DNA of 64,000 nucleotides, taken from contig JBGARZ010000004.1 of assembly GCA_044229975.1 (NCBI GenBank), positions 480,001-544,000 of the forward strand, read 5' to 3'. Position 1 is the first letter of the stretch; each line of letters starts with the position of its first letter. The notes beneath the pieces are model-generated. The model did no database searches. It saw only the letters and a list, made by a program, of their open reading frames with translations, and had not been told where the DNA came from. The stretch comes from Polyangiales bacterium. Its GTDB lineage: Bacteria > Myxococcota_A > Polyangia > Polyangiales > Ga0077539. Shown one piece after another: positions 56,854 to 64,000 of the stretch. Both the position numbers and the translations under genes were made by a program.

Positions 56854-57846
56854 ATGGCAGGTAATCCAGGTGGTGGTTGGGGTGGTGGCGGTCCGTTCGG
56901 TCCTCCGGGCGGGGCACCTCCGGGCGGTGGTGGGTTCGGTCCTCCGGGTGGCGGTGGTCCGTTCGGTCCTCCCGGTGGAGCACCTCCGGGCGGTGGTGGG
57001 TTCGGTCCTCCAGGTGGTGGCGGTCCGTTCGGTCCTCCCGGTGGCGCGCCTCCGGGTGGCTTCGGTCCTCCGGGCGGAGCGCCTCCCGGTGGGTTCGGTC
57101 CTCCCGGCGGGTTCAACCCGGGCGGCGGGGCGCCTCCGGGCTTCGGTCCTCCGGGCGGCGGGGCGCCTCCGGGCTTCGGTCCTCCGGGCGGCGGGTTTCC
57201 GTCGCAGCCGGGCGGCTTCCAGCAGCCGGGCTACGGCGCGCCGGGCGGCTTCAACCAGATGCCTCCGCAGTCGTCGTCCAAGAAGGGCATCCTCATCGGC
57301 ATCGCGGCGGTGGTGCTCGGTGGGGCGTGCGTCGCCGCCATGGTCGCGGCCAAGGCCGCCAACGACAAGGAGCAGGCGACCTACGGCGCGCTGAAGACCG
57401 TGTGCAGCGGTCAGGGCGTCGCGGCCGCGCGGATGTACGCCCCGACGGCTCTGCCCCACCGCGTCGTGGGCATCGCCCGCACCACCGCGGGCGGCGAGTG
57501 GAGCGTGCAGAACTCCCTCATCCCCACCGGCCGTCGCTCCCCCGACGTGGCCGGCACCGACATCGTCGCGTGCTTCGAGCCCATCATCGAGCAGAACGTC
57601 GGCACCTGCGAAGTCTGGCGCACCCGCAACGGCCTCCGCGTGCCGGGCACCACGCGCAACGTTCCGCAGTTCCAGATCTTCCGCCCGGTGCGGCTCGTGT
57701 CGGCGCAGACCGGCGTGCTGCTCAACCAGACCACCCTCGTCGGCGGCGCTCCCCCGAGCTGCTCCGGCGGCGGCAGCAGCTTCCGCGGCAGCTCGCCCGA
57801 CGACGACGAGGTCAACACGTACCTCGCGCCGCTCCTCGACCGCTGA
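56854..57846 (+). CDS. Membrane protein with N-terminal Gly/Pro/Phe low-complexity region
   Basis: Nine FGPPGG units, then KKG-TM and a C-terminal domain with four Cys; ATG 56854. Confidence 0.8.
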   Translation: MAGNPGGGWGGGGPFGPPGGAPPGGGGFGPPGGGGPFGPPGGAPPGGGGFGPPGGGGPFGPPGGAPPGGFGPPGGAPPGGFGPPGGFNPGGGAPPGFGPPGGGAPPGFGPPGGGFPSQPGGFQQPGYGAPGGFNQMPPQSSSKKGILIGIAAVVLGGACVAAMVAAKAANDKEQATYGALKTVCSGQGVAAARMYAPTALPHRVVGIARTTAGGEWSVQNSLIPTGRRSPDVAGTDIVACFEPIIEQNVGTCEVWRTRNGLRVPGTTRNVPQFQIFRPVRLVSAQTGVLLNQTTLVGGAPPSCSGGGSSFRGSSPDDDEVNTYLAPLLDR

Positions 57847-57887
57847 CCTCTCCTCTCCCGCTCTGCCACCTCTGCTAGCGTGCGGAG

Positions 57888-58604
57888 GTGGTGCTCTTCC
57901 TCATCGCCTTCATCGCGATCCTCGTCCTGACGGTCCCTGTCGCGATGTGGTTCACCACCTGGCGGTCGGCCTGGGAGCGCTGGCTTCCGCGCGTCGTCAG
58001 CACCGAGAACGTGGGGCATGGCGAGTACCGCGACGCGACGGTCTCGCGGCTCCGCGCGGATGGTCCACCGATGGTCGTGCGCCTCGCCGCGCTGGGCTCG
58101 TGGGTGCTCGGGACGATGTTCGTCCCGGGCCTCCTGGGGTGCCTCTGCGGGCTGTTGTTCGTGGGCCTCGGGCTCCTCCTGGTCCCCGGGCTCATCCTCG
58201 CGGCGCGGCTCTTCCTGCTCGGCGCCCCGCTGCTCCACGCCGAGCCCGCGTCCGCCGTGAAGGCACGCTCGCTCGCCCGCTTCGCCCGCGTCCTCAACTA
58301 CGTCGTGCTGGCCCTGTGCAGCGGCGCGCTGGTCATCAATCTCCCCGAGGTCGTGCGCCACGGCGGCCATGGCAGCGCCGGCAACGGCATCGCCATCGCG
58401 CTCGGGGTGGCCCTGTACGCGGGCCTCTCGCTCGCGCACGCCGCGCTGCTCATCCGCTCCGCCGAGGCCATCGAGGCGCAGCAGCCGCCCGCCGCGGTCG
58501 GCCTCTCCGGCCTCCGCATCGACGCCCTCGCGGGCTACGTCCCGCCGCAGGAGGACGAGGCCGCGGCGCGCGCCCGCGAAGAGCGCGACGCGCTCACCCG
58601 GTAG
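57888..58604 (+). CDS. Hypothetical multi-TM membrane protein
   Basis: About 5 hydrophobic segments. Confidence 0.7.
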   Translation: MVLFLIAFIAILVLTVPVAMWFTTWRSAWERWLPRVVSTENVGHGEYRDATVSRLRADGPPMVVRLAALGSWVLGTMFVPGLLGCLCGLLFVGLGLLLVPGLILAARLFLLGAPLLHAEPASAVKARSLARFARVLNYVVLALCSGALVINLPEVVRHGGHGSAGNGIAIALGVALYAGLSLAHAALLIRSAEAIEAQQPPAAVGLSGLRIDALAGYVPPQEDEAAARAREERDALTR

Positions 58605-58607
58605 CGG

Positions 58608-59186
58608 TCAGTTCGCCAGCGCGCCGCCGAGGATCCAGTTGCGGATGAGCGTGCGCTCGGCCTGCGAGAGCGGCGCCGCGAGCTGTGGCATCTGCGCGCC
58701 GCAGGGGTTGCGACCGGGCGAGGTCATGCACTCCGTCGGGAGCACCCGGCGCATGGAGCCATCGAGCTTGATCACGAGGTAGCTGTTGTCCGGGTCACCC
58801 GGCGCCACGAGTCGCACGCTCGGCACTTGATCAGCCGGCTGATCGACGAGCGACGCGTGGGACAGCGCCGCGCTGGTGAGGCGCAACCCACCAGAGCCCG
58901 AGCGCCCATGACACGCGTCGGTGATGCACGACCGCACGAACAACGCCTGCACGTCCCCAAACGGAACCACCGGGGTCTGCACGTCCTCCTCGCCCGCGTC
59001 GACGTCCGCATCGGGGGCCTTCCCCACGTCGTCGGCGCCCGCGTCGACCACGTCGACGCCGAGGTCGCTCACCACGTCGGAGCCCGCATCCTGAGGGGCC
59101 ACGGTCGGTTCGTCGGAGCATCCCGCGAGGGTCGCCACGAGCGCGACGGTCGTCCATCGAAGCAAGGTCATGATGGGCGCTCTCAT
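58608..59186 (-). CDS. Lipoprotein with cytochrome c-like domain (CX4CH)
   Basis: TLAGC lipobox; VQALFVRSCITDACHG, VAPGDPDNSYL..KL, QMP, IRNWI..GA. Confidence 0.75.
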   Translation of the reverse strand: MRAPIMTLLRWTTVALVATLAGCSDEPTVAPQDAGSDVVSDLGVDVVDAGADDVGKAPDADVDAGEEDVQTPVVPFGDVQALFVRSCITDACHGRSGSGGLRLTSAALSHASLVDQPADQVPSVRLVAPGDPDNSYLVIKLDGSMRRVLPTECMTSPGRNPCGAQMPQLAAPLSQAERTLIRNWILGGALAN

Positions 59187-59254
59187 AGCCTCATGGGCGG
59201 GCGCGCAGCAACGTGGTCTGTACGCCCGTCATGCGCGGCAGTGGAGCCTTCTCC

Positions 59255-60823
59255 TCAGGGCGTTGCAGCGCGTGGCGCGAGGTGGATGTTGGCCTGCAAC
59301 GCACGGCCGAGCCCGACCGATCCGCTGCCCGCCTGACCGCCATCGCCGAGCGTCCACGTGACCCGCGTCGTGTCGACCACGGTGCCCATCTGCGCGACCA
59401 CGCCGAGGCTCGGTCCACCCGCGCCCGGCGCGCCGCTGCCGCCTCGCCCGCCGATGCCTCCGGCCCCACCGCCCGCGACGGCGCCCGAGCCCGTGCCGCC
59501 CGCGCCGCCCGCGCCGCCCGCGCCGCCCGCGCCGCCCGCCTGCCCGTTGCCGCCGCCGCGCGTCTCGATGGTCATGTCCGTGAGCGACACCCGAACGCCG
59601 TCTCCCCACGCGTACACGCCGATGGACGCGCCGCCGAACTGCCCGCCGTCGCCGCCGCGCCCGCCGCAACCGCCGCCACCGCCGCCGCCGCCCTGGGAGC
59701 TCGCGTCCGCCGTGTAGCCGCCGCCGCCACCGCCGCCCGTGCCGCCGGTCTCGCCCGCCTCGCCGCGGCTCACGTCGTAGCCGCGATCGCCGAAGCCTCC
59801 GAGCGCGGTGAAGCGCCCCGTCCCGCCCACCGGGCCGGCGCCGCCGGTCGTCGCGAGAACGCCGTTCATCCCGCCCGCGCCGCCCATCGGAGCGGCGCCT
59901 TCGCGCGTCATGCTCCCGGTCGCGCCCGCCTCGCCGTTGCGCGTTCCGACCGGGCCGCCGTTGCCGCCGCGCCCCGTGTCTCCGCCGCAGCCCAGACCCC
60001 CGCGACCCATCGACGTGCCCGGTCCGCCCGGGGTGCCCTCGGTGCCCACGGCGCCCGTGTCGGCCGCGCTCGTCAGCGCGTCGGAGCCCCGACACGCCTG
60101 CACGCGCCCGCGGTCGAGGGTGACCTGGCCGGAGCCCGACACGAGCAGGCCGTAGCAGCTCAGACCCGGAAACGAGTTGGCCAGCTCGGACACCAGGTCG
60201 ACGTCGTGGAAGACCACCGCCGTCGTCAGCCCGAAGGAGAACGCCGCCGCGACCTGGCCACGCAACACCGAGCGCTGCGACGCATCGGTGACGTGCGACA
60301 CCCATCCCCCGGCGCCGCCCGGGTAGCGACCCGAGATGGTGACGCCGTCCACCAGGCGATGCGAGGCGATCATCTCCGCGCCGCCGTCGCCGAGGGACAC
60401 CGGGGTCGCGTCGTAGGTGCCCACCGCCACGAGGATCGAGCGCCGCGTGGTGCCCTGCGCGATGGCGAGCGCCGCGGAGACCGTTCGCACCGACTGCGCG
60501 GGCTCCAATCCCGAGTTGGTGTCGGCCCCGTCGGGCGAGACGAAGATCGTGTTGGCGCGCGTACCGTCGACGCCGTCGCAGTCGCTGTCCGTTCCGTCGC
60601 CCGGCGCGTCGACGGCGCCCGGGGTGCACACGTCCATCGAGGGCCCGGTGTCGGTGACGCCGCCGCCGTCGAAGGTGTTGACGTCCGTCGTCACGCCCGC
60701 GTCCGGGAGCACACACCGTGTCCCGTCGAAGCTGTAGCCCATCTCGCAGTTCACCTTCGTCTCAGTGCACCCGCCCAGCAGCGCCATGAGCCCGAGGCCC
60801 GCCGTCATCCGTCGTTGAAGCAT
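59255..60823 (-). CDS. Gly-rich (PGRS-like) lipoprotein with metal-binding motif and DUF1565-like segment
   Basis: LLGGC lipobox; DSDCDGVDG; IFVSPDGADTNSG...VRTVSAAL..A...ILVAVGTY; long GG repeats. Confidence 0.8.
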   Translation of the reverse strand: MLQRRMTAGLGLMALLGGCTETKVNCEMGYSFDGTRCVLPDAGVTTDVNTFDGGGVTDTGPSMDVCTPGAVDAPGDGTDSDCDGVDGTRANTIFVSPDGADTNSGLEPAQSVRTVSAALAIAQGTTRRSILVAVGTYDATPVSLGDGGAEMIASHRLVDGVTISGRYPGGAGGWVSHVTDASQRSVLRGQVAAAFSFGLTTAVVFHDVDLVSELANSFPGLSCYGLLVSGSGQVTLDRGRVQACRGSDALTSAADTGAVGTEGTPGGPGTSMGRGGLGCGGDTGRGGNGGPVGTRNGEAGATGSMTREGAAPMGGAGGMNGVLATTGGAGPVGGTGRFTALGGFGDRGYDVSRGEAGETGGTGGGGGGGYTADASSQGGGGGGGGCGGRGGDGGQFGGASIGVYAWGDGVRVSLTDMTIETRGGGNGQAGGAGGAGGAGGAGGTGSGAVAGGGAGGIGGRGGSGAPGAGGPSLGVVAQMGTVVDTTRVTWTLGDGGQAGSGSVGLGRALQANIHLAPRAATP

Positions 60824-61031
60824 CGCGACGAGAATACCCACACCGGCTTCCCAATCCCACGTTTCCGGGAACCTCTGCCCCGCGCGGTGCCTCTCACTCG
60901 CTGGCACGTCCATCGCAGAAAGTCCCAACGAGTGACGCGCTCATGCGTCCCATGGATGAACCGCCCGTAAGCCGTCTGCACCTCCACACGTTGATGTCGT
61001 CGACGCCCGCGACGAGAGGAGAACGAGAGCC

Positions 61032-61523
61032 ATGAGAGACCTGATGGAGCTGCTGTGTGACTACCTCATGCTGGAGGACAAGCTCGCCCGTGGCACCCGT
61101 CTCACGACGGCGCAGCACGCGCGCTGGCTCACGCTCCAGAAGGCCCTTCCCGGCACCGGGAGCGCGCCCGGTCCGGGCCCCGGCAACGAGCGCTCGGACG
61201 ACGGCGCGCTGGTCGAGCTCACTGCGAGCGGTCGCTTCGAGGCGGCGCGCCTGATGGGCGTCTCGCGCGACGGTCTCCGCATGCGGATGCACCAGCCGTT
61301 GCCGGTGGGCGCGCAGACGCTTGTGCGGGTCATCGCCGAGAAGCCGCGCACCGAGTACGTGTATCCGTGCGTTGTGGCCTGGTGTGACGGCCATGTCATG
61401 GGTCTGCGCTTCGACGGTCGTCCGGTGCGCGGTCTGCTGGTGCGCGCCGACGCCATCGACTGGCAGTGCCCGCTCGACCTCCGCACCGGCTGGGGCGCCC
61501 GCGCGACGAGCGCTCAGGCGTAG
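61032..61523 (+). CDS. PilZ-like domain protein
   Basis: ARLMGVSRDGLRM...LPVGAQTLV...CVVAW...MGLRF; no clear RxxxR. Confidence 0.65.
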   Translation: MRDLMELLCDYLMLEDKLARGTRLTTAQHARWLTLQKALPGTGSAPGPGPGNERSDDGALVELTASGRFEAARLMGVSRDGLRMRMHQPLPVGAQTLVRVIAEKPRTEYVYPCVVAWCDGHVMGLRFDGRPVRGLLVRADAIDWQCPLDLRTGWGARATSAQA

Positions 61524-61530
61524 TCGTTCG

Positions 61531-62628
61531 TCACCGAATGATCGGCAGCCGCTTCGGGCCTTCCACCGGCGCGCTGCCGCCGTGGGACTCGAACACCGCC
61601 CTCGTCACACAATCCGCCAGCTTCTCGGCGATGTCCTTGAAGGCCTTCGCCGGGATGCTGTTGGGCTGCGCCTGCACGATGGGCGTCCCGTTGTCGCCCC
61701 ACTCGCGCACCAGCGAGTCGATGGGAACCTGTCCCAGCAACGGCGCCTTCGCGAACTCGGCGATGCGCGCCCCGCCACCGCGTCCGAAGATCTCGTGCTT
61801 CACGCCGGCCGAGTCGATGAAGTGGCTCATGTTCTCGACGACCCCGAGGATGGGAACGTTGAGCTTCTGGCACATGCTGACTGACTTGTAGACGTCCATG
61901 AGGGCGACGTCCTGCGGCGTGGTGACCATCACGCCACCGGTCACCTTGAGCTTCTGGAAGAGCGTGAGCGCGACGTCGCCGGTGCCCGGCGGCAGGTCGA
62001 GGATGAGGTAGTCGAGCTTGCCCCACGACACGTCCTTCAAGAACTGCTGGAGCGCCCCCTGGATCATCGGCCCGCGCCAGATGACCGACTGCCGCGCGTC
62101 TTCGAGCAGAAACCCGATGGACATGATCTTGAGCCCGAAGCGCTCCAGCGGCTCGATGAGCTTGCCGTCGCGCGAGATGGGCCGCCCCATGATCCCGAGC
62201 ATCGTCGGGACGCTCGGCCCGTAGATGTCCGCGTCGAGCAACCCGACGCGCGCACCCGATCGCAGCAGCGCGAGCGCGAGGTTGGCCGCGACGGTGCTCT
62301 TCCCCACGCCGCCCTTGCCCGACATGACGGGGATGACGTTCTTCACCTCGGGGCAGGGGTCGTCGCCGGCGATCTGACGGGTGCGAACGGCCGACGCCAC
62401 GGTCAGCTCCAGGCGCTTCGCTCCGGCCTTGGCGGCCGCGTCTTCGAGGGCCTTCACGATGGCGTCGCGCGAGCCCGTCGCGGGGGAGAGCAGGTCGACG
62501 GTGGCGCGCACCACGTCGCCCTCGACGGTCACCTCGCGCAGCGCCTTGAGGTCACCGAGGCGCTTGTTCACCACGGGGTCGACCACATCGGACAACGCGG
62601 CCATCACGGCTTCCTGCGACACGGACAT
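61531..62628 (-). CDS. mrp: Mrp/NBP35 (ApbC) ATP-binding protein
   Basis: N-terminal DUF59-like part; SGKGGVGKST, DADIYGPS, WRGPM, DLPPGTGD, TTPQ, VENMS; start re-called at ATG 62628. Confidence 0.93.
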   Translation of the reverse strand: MSVSQEAVMAALSDVVDPVVNKRLGDLKALREVTVEGDVVRATVDLLSPATGSRDAIVKALEDAAAKAGAKRLELTVASAVRTRQIAGDDPCPEVKNVIPVMSGKGGVGKSTVAANLALALLRSGARVGLLDADIYGPSVPTMLGIMGRPISRDGKLIEPLERFGLKIMSIGFLLEDARQSVIWRGPMIQGALQQFLKDVSWGKLDYLILDLPPGTGDVALTLFQKLKVTGGVMVTTPQDVALMDVYKSVSMCQKLNVPILGVVENMSHFIDSAGVKHEIFGRGGGARIAEFAKAPLLGQVPIDSLVREWGDNGTPIVQAQPNSIPAKAFKDIAEKLADCVTRAVFESHGGSAPVEGPKRLPIIR

Positions 62629-62773
62629 CGGGGGGGACTCCATCTCTCTGCGTGGGTGTGACCGTCGTGCACGGCCGCCACTCGCGGCGCGGGGCATATG
62701 GCGACCGTCCGCACCCGTCAAGCAGCACCGCCCGTTGCCAGCGCCATCACCCGATTGGTACAGACCGCGGGCC

Positions 62774-64000
62774 ATGTCTGAACCCGACGCCTACCGCAGC
62801 CCCGCCGAACCGCCGACCGCTGCGCCGACGGAGCCCTCCGCGCCGCGCGCCTCGCGGGTCGCGCTCGCGGTCTACCTCGTGGCCGTCGTCGTGTACGCCA
62901 TCCTCGCGGGCGACCGGATGCGCTCGCACTCGCCCGACAACCACTTCGCCTACCTCGCCGACGCCTTCAACCACGGCCAGCTCTCGGTGCGCTGTCCGCC
63001 TGGCGAGGCATGTCCGCCGGGTGGCGGTGGCAACGACTGGGCGCGCTACGGCGGGCGGTGGTTCGTGGCGTTTCCGGCGTTTCCGGCCGTGGTCTACATG
63101 CTGCCGGTGGCGCTGCTGAAGCGCGACTTCGCCAACCGCGCGTTCGATGTCTTCCTCGCGGGCATCGCCCCGGCGCTGCTCTACCTCTTCCTCGATCGCC
63201 TCCGTCAGCGCGGGTACTCGCGCCGATCATGGAAGGAAAACCTCGGGCTCACGTTCCTGTTCGCCTTCGGGTCGGTCTACTTCTTCAGCGCGGTGCAGGG
63301 GTCGGTCTGGTTCACCGCGCACGTCGTCGGCGCTGCGCTGGGCGCGGGATTCTTGCTGGCGTCGCTCGACGCGAAGCGGCCCTTCGCGGCGGGCGCGCTG
63401 CTCGGGCTGATGTTCCACACGCGAACGTCGACGCTGCTGAGCGCGCTGTTCTTCGGCTTCGAGGCGATGCGCGTGCATCGGGTCGCCGCGGAGACGCCCG
63501 CGTCGCCCGACGACGACCTCCTCACGCGGCTGGTGCGCTACCTGCGCGAGACCGACTGGCGCGTGGTGCTGGGCAAGGTCGTGCGCTTCTCGCTCCCGGT
63601 CATCGCCGCGCTGGTGGTGTACGCGGTGCTCAACAAGCTGCGCTTCGGCGACTGGCGCGAGACCGGCTATCGGCACCTCCAGATCCGCTGGCAGGCGCGC
63701 ATCCTCCGGTGGGGGTTGTTCAACTTCCACTACCTGTCGCGCAACCTCGCCGTCGCGCTCGCGCTGCTCCCGTGGATCTCCCGCGTCGCCCCCTACGTCC
63801 AGGTGTCGCGCCACGGGCTCGCGCTGTGGGTGACCACGCCGCAGTACCTGGAGCTGCTGCGCCCCGCGCGCGTCACGCGGCTCGCGACGGGCCTGGTGGT
63901 GACCGCGATGGTCATCGCGTCGCTCGACCTGCTCTACCAGAACAGCGGGTGGGTTCAGTTCGGGTACCGCTTCAGCAACGACTTCGCGCTGCTGCTCATC
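62774..64000 (+). CDS. Polytopic membrane protein, probable GT-C fold glycosyltransferase (runs off window end)
   Basis: Not in ORF track. Manual translation MSEPDAY...NHFAYLADAF...ND....GRWFVAFP..PA...FAFGSVYFF...VWFTAHV...GL....R...GWVQFGYRF. Confidence 0.7.
   Translation, partial: MSEPDAYRSPAEPPTAAPTEPSAPRASRVALAVYLVAVVVYAILAGDRMRSHSPDNHFAYLADAFNHGQLSVRCPPGEACPPGGGGNDWARYGGRWFVAFPAFPAVVYMLPVALLKRDFANRAFDVFLAGIAPALLYLFLDRLRQRGYSRRSWKENLGLTFLFAFGSVYFFSAVQGSVWFTAHVVGAALGAGFLLASLDAKRPFAAGALLGLMFHTRTSTLLSALFFGFEAMRVHRVAAETPASPDDDLLTRLVRYLRETDWRVVLGKVVRFSLPVIAALVVYAVLNKLRFGDWRETGYRHLQIRWQARILRWGLFNFHYLSRNLAVALALLPWISRVAPYVQVSRHGLALWVTTPQYLELLRPARVTRLATGLVVTAMVIASLDLLYQNSGWVQFGYRFSNDFALLLI

Noticed and set aside
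59470..59760. GCCGCCCGC tandem repeats as a non-coding VNTR
   Set aside because: They encode the Gly-Gly-Ala tracts of the PGRS-like lipoprotein on the minus strand

Overview
Very GC-rich bacterial chromosomal DNA, most likely Myxococcota. This rests on a MYXO-CTERM protein, many Cys-rich lipoproteins with DAG/DVP linkers, and AgmX-type and FHA proteins. Housekeeping genes include aat (truncated), hsp20, transaldolase, thrA-type AK/HSDH, PlsC-type acyltransferase, rhomboid, MoxR and Mrp/ApbC. Accessory modules: (1) a translationally coupled, lower-GC three-gene cassette of a PD-(D/E)XK-like protein, a helical TPR-like protein and a KaiC/RAD55-like ATPase whose C-terminal half is compositionally foreign (27595-30052), my best candidate for an undescribed defence or signalling system; (2) a Panacea(DUF4065)-antitoxin/PemK-like toxin pair (9944-11325); (3) an orphan T6SS-related trio of TagH-like FHA protein, lipoprotein and a single-chain TssB-TssC-like sheath protein; (4) an unannotated pqqA-like peptide plus pqqB without pqqCDE; (5) one full Rpn nuclease gene and one isolated Rpn C-terminal remnant; (6) two families of palindromic non-coding elements, one of which brackets a LysR-NmrA cassette and shows compensatory base changes. 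No rRNA, tRNA or CRISPR array was seen. All family assignments come from motifs recognised by eye; no database searches were run.
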